Of a stretch of 29,700 nt of DNA, positions 10,876 to 22,100 are shown piece after piece (the stretch's first letter is position 1; every line of letters starts with the position of its first letter). Made by a program: the position numbers and the translations under genes. The stretch comes from Octopus sinensis (taxonomy: Eukaryota). Where the stretch lies: positions 1 to 29,700 of the forward strand of contig NW_021836459.1 in assembly GCF_006345805.1 (NCBI RefSeq), written 5' to 3'. Under the pieces are notes generated by a model. It worked only from the letters and a program-made list of their open reading frames with translations, searched no databases and was not told the DNA's origin.

Positions 10876-11907
10876 GTTCTCAATTTGCATTGCTAAACAA
10901 GCGACTTGTATCTTGTTCATTCGCTGGCATTCTCTGTCCTACTGTCGCATTATATTTGTGGTAAACTCGCTGACTCAATTTAATTTCTTGCAAATAGTGC
11001 TTTCCTCATTTGTAAAAATTATTCATAGTGCTTTCCTCAGTTGTAAAAAATATTCATAGAAAGACGAGAAACGGTCATGATTGTTTTTTAATGCCGCTGC
11101 TCTCAATTTGCATTGCTAAACAAGCGACTTGTATCTTGTTCATTCGCTGGCATTCTTTGTCTCACTGTCGCACTATATTTGTGGTAAACTCGCTGACTCA
11201 ATTTAATTTCTTGCAAAATAGGCACCATAAAGCGCTTTCCTCAGTTCTAAAAATTATTCATAGAAAGACGAGAAACGGTCATGATTGTTTTTTAATGCCG
11301 CTGCTCTCAATTTGCATTGCTAAACAAGCGACTTGTATCTTGTTCATTCGCTGGCATTCTTTGTCTCACTGTCGCACTATATTTGTGGTAAACTCGCTGA
11401 CTCAATTTAATTTCTTGCAAAATAGGCACCATAAAGTGCTTTCCTCAGTTGTAAAAATTATTCATAGAAAGACGAGAAACGGTCATGATTGTTTTTTAGT
11501 GCCGCTGTTCTCAATTTGCAGTGCTAAACAAGCGACTTGCATTCTGATCCTTCGCTGGCATTCTCTGTCCTACTGTCGCATTATATTTGTGGTAAACTTG
11601 CTTACTCAATTAAATTTCTTGCAAAATAGACACCATAAAGCGCTTTCCTCAGTTCTAAAAATTATTCATAGAAAGACGAGAAGCGGTTATGATTGTTTTT
11701 TAGTGCCGCTGTTCTCAATTTGCAGTGCTAAACAAGCTACTTGCATTCTGTTCATTCGTTGGCATTCTTTGTCGCACTACTCTTGCGGAAAACTCACTGG
11801 CTCAATTTAATTTCTTGCAAAATATGCATCATACGGTGCTTTCCTCAGTTCTAAGAATTATTCATAGAAAAACGAAAAGCAGCCATGACCTTTTTCCAGT
11901 GCCGCTG
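10876..11907 (+). repeat. Tandem repeat, 204-bp unit, ~5 copies
   Basis: TCTCAATTTGCA anchor starts at 10878, 11101, 11305, 11509 and 11713 (period 204; the first interval is 223 and includes a short internal duplication). Confidence 0.95.
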
Positions 11908-12165
11908 TAACTAGTGAAACAAAAGGAGGAATTTTCCTCATTTTAGAAATCTAATCCGAATACATGTCGGAGAGTATCTCGGCTAAAGGCACCAAAAATG
12001 TTTAAAAACCCAAACATCGTGATGTAACCTAGATAACTGAAAATGTATTTCGTTAGCTTAACTCTTTGCCTTTTCTGTATATAATATGTGATATACAGCA
12101 CAAATTTTGCTGGGGTCTATGCATCATATAACCATATGTGATTCTGTTCCTTCTCGAGCCATACC

Positions 12166-12406
12166 TGGTTCATAAGGGCCGGTTTCCCGGTTTCATTGGC
12201 GTATAGGTTCCCCACCTGGACGGGAAGCCGGTCCGTCGCAGGTGAGCTGCTAGATGCAGGAGGAAAGAATAAGAGAAAGTTGTAGCGAAAGAGTCAGCAG
12301 AAGTTCACTATTACCTTCTGCCGGAATCGTGTGGAGCTTTGGTGTTTCGCTCATAAACACACAAACATCGCTTGGTCGAAGATTCGGACCCGCGATTTAT
12401 GAACCC
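12166..12406 (-). mobile_element. Degenerate family-B-head SINE with a third type of tail
   Basis: GAGAAAGTTGT..GAAAGAGT..CTGCCGGA..GTGGAGCTTT.GGTGTTT.CGCTCA.TAAACAC matches the family B body. Tail (minus) CTCACCTGCGACGGACCGGCTTCCCGTCCAGGTGGGG...GAAACCGGGAAACCGGCCC. Confidence 0.7.
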
Positions 12407-12629
12407 TTAAAATACTACTGTGAATACCCATTTTGCTATTGTGCAAGCGTGGACCCCCCCAACTCTTATATGGATCCCCAAAATCTTATATGGAACCTCA
12501 AAGGCCTTATATGACTCCTAGAGGTCGTATGAACCTTGGTTGAAAACTACTCTAGCATCGCCCCTCTCAACTTTCGCATTTGCAGTGAAGACCAGGTGAA
12601 GTTTCAATTTAATTTGATTCTTAGATGTT

Positions 12630-12790
12630 CTCTATTATATATCTATTATAGAGGGGAATTGAACAAAGAAACGAGAATAGGATTTATAATACATAAGACA
12701 TACCTACCTCACCACAGCAACTGCTCTCATTCCATTAAACTAGAATCGTCTTTGACGTTTCGAGCCTACGCTCTTATACAAAGATACAGA
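12630..12790 (-). mobile_element. Short Penelope-like element abutting (TA)n, with decayed hammerhead
   Basis: Minus strand CTTT-GTATAA-GAGCGTAGGCTC-GAAAC-GTC-AAAG (12783-12750); same stem II family as 8547-8584. Confidence 0.55.
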
Positions 12791-12797
12791 ATATATA

Positions 12798-12842
<45 letters not shown>

Positions 12843-13276
12843 TTATATATATATATATATATATATATACAAAATATACATATATATATAATATTTATAT
12901 ATCTATATACTAGACACATACATATATACATAATATAATATATATATATATATTATATATATATATATATAATAGATAGATAGGTAGGTGTATCCCTGTA
13001 TATGTGTGACTGTATAAAGTATTCCAAATGCAAGTTAAAAGAAATAAGTTTATACATGCACAAATATGCGCGTACGCATCAGTGCGTATGCACATGTATG
13101 TATGCATTTATGTGTATATATGTATAAGTTACAGATAGGCAGCGCATAGTGAGTACTAAGTAGCAATGGGCGGGCGTGTATCCGGACTATTATATATATG
13201 TACATATATACATATATAAATATAGACACACATACACACATATATATATATATATGTAATGATATATATATGTATA

Positions 13277-13322
<46 letters not shown>

Positions 13323-13830
13323 TACCACACACACATATATATATTGTAATGATATATATATGTATATATATGTATATATGTATATATATATATATATGAA
13401 CATACACACAGAGAAGCATGTAAACATATGATAGCATACAAACAGATATATATATATATATATACGTGCGTGTATTATATATATATATGCATGTATACAC
13501 ATGTGCCCATGTATGTATAAAATGCTAATTGAAAGCAACACCCTAAATTAAGTAAATATAAATGAAACCAGGGTGTTTCTTTATGGCAGTCCGATTTTTA
13601 TGGAAGTCATTTATATAAATAGACATGGGTGTTTAAAAGGAGTTTTATATATCTCTGGATATTATGCCTCACTATGTAGTGTATGTATGTTGTATGTATG
13701 TATGTACGTATTTATGTATGTATGTATGTATTATGTATGTATATAAGATATATATATATATATATATATAATATATATTCTATATATATATATATATATA
13801 ATATGTATGTATATATAATATATATATCTA
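12790..13830. repeat. (TA)n-rich compound microsatellite region
   Basis: Directly visible, with short complex interruptions. Confidence 0.85.
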
Positions 13831-13961
13831 TACAACGTAATTAAGTTTCAGTTGAATATTAGATACTTGAGTTGAAGCACCAACTCAATCCGGCATTATC
13901 CGCACCGCTCGAAGTAGGGAGAATAAAAATTAAAATAAGTAACAAGATTTCATGTGGTAAA

Positions 13962-14048
13962 GCAGTACGACCGTTTCAAGCGACTCCATCTAATTGAACA
14001 ATGCAATCATTACATCAATTTAAAATCGTTTACGCTATCTTCAGCTGC
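13962..14048 (-). ncRNA. Type I hammerhead ribozyme motif, near-canonical, long stem-loop II
   Basis: GCAG-CUGAAGA-U-AGCG...(50 nt)...CGCU-U-GAA-ACG-GU-CGU-A-CUGC: stem I GCAG/CUGC, intact core, GUA cleavage triplet (A17 = 13966). Confidence 0.7.
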
Positions 14049-14139
14049 ACAGGTATGGAATTTCAACAGACAAGATAAATTAATATGCTTTTTCTTAAAT
14101 ATTTAAAACTGATGTAATGGTTGCATTGTTTAACTACAT

Positions 14140-14690
14140 GCATGCGTACATACAACCATACATACACACATACTTACATACTACATACATCATACATACA
14201 TACATACATACATACATGCATGCATAAATACATACATACATACATCATACATACATACATACATGCATACATATACATACAATACAACGCATGCATACAT
14301 ACATACATACATACATACATACATACATACATACATACATACATACATACTTACATACATACATACATACATACATGCATACATACATACATACATACAT
14401 GCATGCATGCATACATACATACATACATACAGTCATACATACATACATACATACACCGAAACAACATACATACAACCATACATTACATACATGCATACAT
14501 ACATACATACAACCATACATACATACCATACATTACATACATGCATACATACATTACATACATACATAGATACATACATGCATTACATACATACATACAT
14601 GCATACATACATACATACATACATACATACATACATACATACATACATACATACATACATACATACATACATACATTTGCTTATACATAT
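14140..14690. repeat. (ACAT)n array
   Basis: Directly visible. Confidence 0.97.
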
Positions 14691-14810
14691 GTATAAATGC
14701 ATCAATATATTTTTGTCTCTCACCCCTGGAATTATATCTAAGTATGTATGAACAAATAAAATAAAATATGTTTGTGTAAATATATGTATCTGTCTGTATC
14801 TATCTATCTA

Positions 14811-14847
<37 letters not shown>

Positions 14848-14904
14848 TATACACACACGCACACGCACGCACACATACACACACACATATATATATGTAT
14901 ATAT

Positions 14905-14993
14905 ATATAAACGTATACTCTTTTAACTTGTTTCAGTCTTTTGACTGTGGCCATGCTGGAACACTTGCCTTTAGGCAGTGCTCCAGCATGGCC
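14905..14993. mobile_element. Family A SINE 3' tail with inverted duplication
   Basis: CTCTTTTAACTTGTTTCAGTC...GGCCATGCTGGAACAC is the reverse complement of the family A tail (cf. 4120-4171), followed by AGGCAGTGCTCCAGCATGGCC in the forward sense. Confidence 0.75.
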
Positions 14994-15005
14994 TAATATA
15001 TATAT

Positions 15006-15039
<34 letters not shown>

Positions 15040-15367
15040 ATATATAATATATACATATATATATAATGTACATACATATATACATGTGTTTATTATATAT
15101 ATAATATATATATATATATGTACGTATGTATATTGATAGATAGATATCATGCAACATACATACGTACATGCATGCCTACGTGTAGGAAGTTGACAGATAG
15201 GTAAGATAGGTAGATAGGTAGGTAGATACTTATGTAGGTAGGCAGCAGATAGATACATACACTTATATATTAGAAACAGTCTCACATTTAAACATCTTAG
15301 AAATATGCCTTCCATACATATAACCATACATACTTTCACATACATACATACATGTATAAATATAGTT

Positions 15368-15414
<47 letters not shown>

Positions 15415-15725
15415 TAAAAGCAAAAATATTGTGTTGCGAAGTTACTTGATAGATACTGAAATTCCATCGCCTTTTTCCTTTTTGAGTGTTCTAAACTGTA
15501 AACTTATTTATAAAACTGCTACGCCATGGTTCACTGTTTTCTTAAATAACCGTAAAATAAAGTTTTTATTAACAAATATGATGAGTACAATGAATGTATG
15601 CTTTTGTGTGTTGTGTGTATATGTGTTCTCGTTTATATATGGATGTATACATATGTCTGTGCATGTGTGTATATATGTATGCATGCATGTATTATGTAAG
15701 TACGTATATAGTATAAACGTATGTA

Positions 15726-15767
<42 letters not shown>

Positions 15768-15771
<4 letters not shown>

Positions 15772-16047
15772 TAAGGGTAAAAATTGATATTAGTCAATTA
15801 AAACCAGTGGTCTAGCATATTAACAAACTGTGCTGACGAATTACTGATATCCTTGTGATATTAATAACTGAAACCGTTCGGTACACAGGTGATTATTCCA
15901 TTTAGTATATTTCTTTTGTCTTATCTATTGCTTTGGGTCGGCTGAATTTTAATTTTATTTGAGAACAATCTTTGTGGAGAATGGGCGATTGGACGTCTAT
16001 ATCTAGCATGTTTGACTGTCCACTTTTTCGTGTTCGTCCTTAATTGG
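15768..16047 (+). mobile_element. 280-bp Penelope-like/retrozyme-like non-autonomous element flanked by (TA)n on both sides
   Basis: Complex non-coding island bounded by (TA)n; contains a canonical hammerhead. Confidence 0.65.
15828..15888 (+). ncRNA. Type I hammerhead ribozyme, canonical core
   Basis: CUGUG-CUGACGA-[AUUACUGAUAUC CUUGU GAUAUUAAUAACU]-GAA-ACC-GUUC-GGU-A-CACAG: 5-bp stem I, full conserved core, long stem II, 3-bp stem III with tetraloop, GUA site (cleavage predicted after 15883). Confidence 0.85.
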
Positions 16048-16071
16048 TATATATTATATATACTATATATA

Positions 16072-16115
<44 letters not shown>

Positions 16116-16153
16116 TACATATATTGTATGTATTTATGTATTGTATGCATGTA

Positions 16154-16546
16154 TATTTCTTTATTGCCCACAGGGGGCTAAACATAGAGGGGACAAACAA
16201 GAACAGACAAAGGGATTAAGTCGATTACATCGATTCCAGTGCGTAACTGGTACTTATTTAATCGACCCCGAAAGGATGAAAGGCTAAGTTGACCTCGGCG
16301 GAATTTGAACTCAGACGAAATACCTATTTCTTTACTAGCCACAAGGGGCTAAACACAGAGAGGACAGACAAGGAGATTAAGTCGATTACATCGACCCCAG
16401 TGCGTTACTGGTACTTATTTAATCGACCCCGAAAGGATGAAAGGCAAAGTCGACCTCGGCAGGAATTTGAACTCAGAACGTAGCGGCAGACGAAATACTG
16501 GTAAGCATTTCGCCCGACGTGCTAACGATTCTGCCAGCTCGCCGCC
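16154..16546 (-). mobile_element. Family C SINE with tandem second unit
   Basis: Head GGCGGCGAGCTGGCAGAATCG at 16546 downward; two copies of the GAGTTCAAATTCC...AAAGAAATA unit joined at ~16316-16330. Confidence 0.9.
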
Positions 16547-17136
16547 CTCCTTATGTATTGTATGCATGTATATATGCACGTATTTATACATGCATATGCA
16601 TATATGCATGTACGTATATTCAATTTTACTTCAAGACTTCTTGCTAATAGAGAAAGAGTCGGTTTCCAACCTATATCCAAGGTTCCTTCATTGGAATTTT
16701 AACATCCACCATATGGTATTTTAGGATGTAAGTATGCGTGCAGATTTGTATGTTTTGTTTTAGGTATGTCCTTTCATGCATGTAGTTACATATCTAGACA
16801 TGGTCATATATACTTAAATAATAAACTTCTGGAAAGTTTCACAGATTTTTACAGTTCCAGTGATAGATTGGATCTGTAGTCTTCAAATCAGCTCTCTCCT
16901 TTCTTGTTTGAAAAGCCAAACTTTTCAAGATTGTTATTTAGGCAGTGTGCTACATATCCTAGCGCCCCAATAATTATAGGTGTCTGTTTGTATGTATGTT
17001 AGACCATGTGGAATAGTCCAATGATACATAGAATACTGGGGAATATTCCACATGGTCTAACATACATACAGACACATGCATATATACATGCATACAATAC
17101 ATAAATACATACAATATATATACATACATACGTAGC

Positions 17137-17214
17137 TACTATTTTTCTAGCACATAAGTCAAATTTTTCAGTCCCAAATTTACAACCTCAAAAATGGTAA
17201 GTCGACTTATACAC
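17137..17214 (+). mobile_element. pogo/Tigger-like terminal fragment
   Basis: TACTATTTTTCTAGCACATAAGTC...AAGTCGACTTATACAC resembles TACCGTA...TATAAGTCGA...GTCGACTTATAC pogo-type MITE ends. Confidence 0.4.
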
Positions 17215-17652
17215 TGAACAGACATTGCAGGATCAGGAATTCCATGTGAAATGGAGCAGGATTTGAAAAGATACTGGCGATATTTGAAGGTCGATACTCC
17301 CTGTTTACCTTATTTACTCCGTCGACTATAAGAAAATAAGATTTAGAGAATTCTTCAGAACGACAGTCGTAATGATAATAGGAAATCTCGAAGATAAGGA
17401 CGCTTTTCTACATCCAATATTATGTCGGTGATAGTCTACTAAAACTGAAGTAACTATATTAATTCCCTGAACAAACTCATTTAGGAGATACCTTTTGCAA
17501 TCAATGCTGTAGTGGATTCCCTTACACAAGCAACTAGCAGCGATTGCCGAGTTCTTCAGACTAGGTTCTAGTGTGAAGAAGATAGTTTGTCTCTTTTCCA
17601 CGCCTCAAGAATATCACCATATTCTCCCGAAACTTCATTTGCTTCACAGGAC

Positions 17653-17927
17653 TTAAGTACCAGTTACGCACTGGGGCCGATATAATCGACTTAATCCGTT
17701 TGTCTGTCCTTGTTTGTCCATTCTGTGTTTAGCCCCTTGTGGGTAGTAAAGAAATAGAAATAGGTATTTCGTCTGCCGTTACATTCTGAGTTCAAATTCC
17801 GCCGAGGTCGCCTTTGCCTTTCATCCTTTTGGGGTCGATAAATTAAGTGCCAGTTGCGAACCGGGGTCGATCTAATCGACTGGTCCCCTCTTCAAGAATT
17901 TCGGACCTTGTGCCTAGAGTAGAAAAG
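17653..17927 (+). mobile_element. 5'-truncated family C SINE, dimeric
   Basis: Unit end AGTAAAGAAATAGAAATA joined to GGTATTTCGTCTGCC at ~17762, then a second unit ending CCTTGTGCCTAGAGTAGAAAAG. Confidence 0.88.
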
Positions 17928-18484
17928 TATATAATATAAAAGCATATAAAATCAAGAATCGTAATTGCACCCTAGCTGACCGTCTTGCAACTAGTTTCCA
18001 AATACTTAAAGTTATCAATACTGTGTATCACATTTATTATATCTTCAAAGTTTGACGAATTATTTTCCGATGTAAATTTTTGCTCGTGTTTTTTCAGCTG
18101 TGGATGCTTAAACCTTTATTAATTAAATCTTTCATTTTGTGCTGAGGAATAGGATTTGTGGTTTTGCTTTAATGGTTGTAAACGTCTTTGATACATTTGT
18201 ATTATGAGTAGTGGTTGCACCCTAGCTGACGTTAGTGTTGCGTTTAACAAAAAAAAAACAAAAAACATTTCAACTACCATCCGTTCTCAACAGCCGAGAA
18301 GAGAGAAGGGTTAATGAGCGTCTGGATACTTCCAATATGAATACGAACAAGTGGGGAAACAGTATCTAATGCCTAAAATGACTAAATGCTAAATGGGAAT
18401 TTAATATCAAATTGTAAGTTTAATATAACACCATGATCTAAAAAAAAAATTTATTGCTTCCCAAGGCAACAATAAAAAAAATTA

Positions 18485-19121
18485 TGACCTGACCACGCTG
18501 GGACACCGCCTTAAAGTGTTTTAGTTGAAATGATAGACATCAGGTCTTACTTTTCAAGTTTCGTACTTATTCTATTGGTATCTTTTAACCATTAAGATAA
18601 AGGGATGTAAACAAAACCAACACCGGTTGTCAGGCGATGGAGGATAAACATTGGCACAAAGACACGTGCAAACACACGCACACACGCACGCACACACATA
18701 CGCGCAGACATACATAACTGGATTCCTTGGTTTCCGTCTATCAACTTCACTTACAAGTCATTGGCCGGCGCTGGGCTACAGTAGAACAAACAGTTGCCCA
18801 AAGTACCACGCGGTAGGATAGAACCCGAAACCTATTTCTTAACTACCCACAAGGGGCTAAACACAGAGGGGACAAACAAGGACAGACAAAGGGATTAAGT
18901 CGAATACATCGACCCCAGTGCGTAACTGGTACTTAATTTATCGACCCCGAAAGGATGAAAGGCAAAGTCGACCTCGGCGGAATTTGAACTCAGAACGTAA
19001 CGGCAGACGAAATACCGCTAAGCGTTTCGCCCGGCGCGCTAACGACTCTGCCAGCTCGCCGCCTTAGAATCCGAAACCGCATGGTTGCAAAACGAGCTTC
19101 TGAACCACTCAGCCATACTTG
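18485..19121 (-). mobile_element. Degenerate family A (CORE-type) SINE, interrupted by a family C SINE
   Basis: Homologous to the reverse complement of 3356-4171 (A box ATGGCTGAGTGG near 19106-19117; CORE-like ACTTTGGGCAAC; tail GGCGGTGTCCCAGCGTGGTC). Confidence 0.75.
18832..19063 (-). mobile_element. Family C SINE with 13-bp TSD
   Basis: TAGAACCCGAAAC (18819-18831) / TAGAATCCGAAAC (19065-19077), 1 mismatch. Confidence 0.9.
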
Positions 19122-19151
19122 TATCTCATAACTAACATTAATGAATTTGCC

Positions 19152-19320
19152 TAAAACGGTAGGAAAGCAGAATCGTTACCGCGCCGGACAAAATGCTTAA
19201 CTGCATTTCGTCCGTCTGCATATTCTGAGTTCAAATTCCGCCGAGTTAGGCTTTCATCCTTCCGAGATCGATAAAACTGAACACTGTGAAACTGCTGGCT
19301 TTGTGCCAAAATTTGAAACT
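19152..19320 (+). mobile_element. Degenerate family C SINE
   Basis: GCAGAATCGTTA...GAGTTCAAATTCCGCCGAG...GGCTTTGTGCCAAAATTTGAAAC. Confidence 0.75.
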
Positions 19321-19708
19321 TTTTGGAAGCACTCCGTCGGTTACGACGACGAGGGTTCCGGTTGATCCGATCAACGGAACAGCCTGCTCGTGAAATTAAC
19401 GTGTAAGTGGCTGAGCACTCCACAGACACGTGTACCTTTAACGTAGTTCTCGGGGGTATTCAGCGTGACACAGAGAGTGACAAGGCCGGCCCCTTGAAAT
19501 ACAGGTACAACAGAAACAGGAAGTAAGAGTGAGAGAAAGTTGTGGTGAAAGAGTACAGCAGGGATCACCACCATCCCCTGCCGGATACTCGTGGAGCTTT
19601 TAGGTGTTTTCGCTCAATAAACACTCACAACGTCCGGTCTGGGAATCGAAACCGCGATCCTACGACCGCGAGTCCGCTGCCCTAACCACTGGGCCATTGC
19701 GCCTCCTC
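19321..19708 (-). mobile_element. Full-length family B SINE with 10-bp TSD
   Basis: TSD ATTTGAAACT at 19311-19320 and 19709-19718; A and B boxes intact. Confidence 0.93.
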
Positions 19709-19935
19709 ATTTGAAACTAATAACCTTGCCTAAACAAATACTTCATTAACATCAGTTGTTTCATTTTATAAATAAATCAAAAATGTTTTTATATTGACAC
19801 ATCTAATAATCTGAATGGAGACTATGTTATACCCTCGTCTAATTCGAAAAAAGAAAAAACCGCTCGAGGGAACTTGAAAATCGAAACTATCGCTTTTACC
19901 TAGTATAGTTACACTGTTATTCTTACTACACATAA

Positions 19936-20320
19936 TGGAGACGCAATGGCCCAGTGGTTAGGGCAGCGGACTCGCGGTCATAGGATCGCGGTTTCGATTC
20001 CCAGACCGGGCGTTGTGAGTGTTTATTGAGCGAAAACACCTAAAAGCTCCACGAGGCTCCGGCAGGGGATGGTGGTGTTCCCTGCTGTACTCTTTCACCA
20101 CAACTTTCTCTCACTCTTACTTCCTGTTTCTGTTGTACCTGTATTTCAAAAGGGCCGGCCTTGTCACTCTCTGTGTCACGCTGAATATCCCCGAGAACTA
20201 CGTTGAGGGTACACGTGTCTGTAGAGTGCTCAGCCACTTACACGTTAATTTCACGAGCAGGCTGTTCCGTTGATTCGGATTAACCGGAACCCTCGTCGTC
20301 GTAACCGACGGAGTGTTTCC
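19936..20320 (+). mobile_element. Full-length family B SINE with 11-bp TSD
   Basis: TSD ACTACACATAA at 19925-19935 and 20321-20331; A box TGGCCCAGTGG, B box GGTTTCGATTCC. Confidence 0.93.
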
Positions 20321-20870
20321 ACTACACATAAGCATAATGTCTAAATAGTAAACTATATCCACGCAACACATTTTATGTTTGCCAACAGACCGTTTGGGTG
20401 AGATTTACCATTAAAAGGAAAATAATAAATGGGAGCAAAAATCTAGTCAAAGTTTCTGTAGCAACCTCCATACAATTTAACCAAGCACAGTATTTCTGCC
20501 GCTGTAAACCATTAAGAAAATAGAACTCAAATGAAAATAAAAGTCAGCAAGTAAGAGGTGACAATGATTTCCCATAGGAATTCCTTCTGATTGCTTAAAC
20601 TCTTGTCCACAAAAGTGACGTATGTGTTATTGATGGCAAAATTAATCAATTCTGTCACATCTGCTTTACTCTATCGAATATACGCGTTATTTCTATCCTA
20701 GATATAGAATTGTGTTCATTGAAATGCATCTGCAATTGTCTCCAAAAATCGTATCTGCAATTTTAAAATTCCCTTCCATTCAACTCCGAATTTCTGTATT
20801 AGTGTATTAAGCGAGAAAATACAGAGTGAAGTGGAGGAAGGAAAATAGAAGTGAGGTGCCTATATATATA

Positions 20871-20918
<48 letters not shown>

Positions 20919-20924
20919 ATACGC

Positions 20925-21117
20925 GTGTGTGTGTGTTTGTCACCCATTACCACTTGACAACCGGTATTGGTGCGTTTACGGCCACGTGACCTAGCGGTTC
21001 AGCCAAAGAGTAATAGAACCAGATAGAATAAGTACTAGGGTCGATTCATTCGATTAACAATGTAAGGCAGTGCCCCAGCATGGCCGCAGTCTAATGAGTG
21101 AAACCAGCACAAGATTA
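20925..21117 (+). mobile_element. 3' half of a family A SINE
   Basis: CTTGACAACCGGT...TAGCGGTTC...GATAGAATAAGTACTAGG...CCAGCATGGCCGCAGTC matches 3990-4160. Confidence 0.8.
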
Positions 21118-21205
21118 AAGATAAACGTGTATATATATATACACACACACATATATTTATATAATATGTATATACGTATATATGTATATATATATATGTA
21201 TGTTT

Positions 21206-21259
<54 letters not shown>

Positions 21260-21285
21260 TTTTATATGTGTGTATATGCTGCTGC

Positions 21286-21576
21286 TGCTACTACTACTTC
21301 TACTAATACCATTATTATCATTGTTATTACTGCTACCACGAGGACGACGACCACCAACACCACCAACAACAACACCAACACAACAACTACTACTACTATA
21401 ACTACTAGTTTCATTATTATTATTATCATTATTATTATTATCATTATTATTATTATTATCATTATTATTATTATTATTATTACTACTATTATTATTATTA
21501 CTATTACTATTACTATTATTATTATTATTACTATTATTATTATTATTATTATTATTATTATCATTATTATTATTGC

Positions 21577-21609
<33 letters not shown>

Positions 21610-22025
21610 CATTATTATTATTATTATTATTACTACTATTATTATTATTACTTACTACTATTATTATTATTCTATTATTATTATTATTATTATTATATTA
21701 CTATTATTATTATTCTTACTATTACTATATTATTATTATTACTATTATTATCATTATTATTATTATTATTATTACTATACTACTTATTATTATTATTACT
21801 ATTACTATTATTATTATTATTATATTATTATTATTATTATTAGTACTATTATTATCATTATTATTATATTACTATTATTATTATTATTATTATTATTATT
21901 CTATTACTATTATTATTATTATTACTTATTACTATTATTATTATTATTATTATTACTATTATTATTGTTATTATTATTATTACTATTACTGTTACTATTA
22001 TTATTATTATTATTATTACTACTAC

Positions 22026-22096
<71 letters not shown>

Positions 22097-22100
22097 CATT
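21286..22100. repeat. Long triplet-repeat tract (GCT/ACT/ACC/AAC, then ~700 bp of degenerate (ATT)n)
   Basis: Directly visible; source of the poly-I/L/Y ORFs. Confidence 0.97.

Noticed and set aside
10876-11907. CRISPR-like array
   Set aside because: Whole 204-bp units are repeated with no unique spacers; eukaryotic context.
12430-12555. hAT MITE (GGTTGAAAACTACTCTAG end, CTTATATG subrepeats)
   Set aside because: Only a decayed right end; no left TIR or TSD, so not listed as a feature.
17320-17650. Coding-like island (91-aa minus-strand ORF)
   Set aside because: No recognisable motif in the frames translated; the other frames have multiple stops and there are no clear splice sites.
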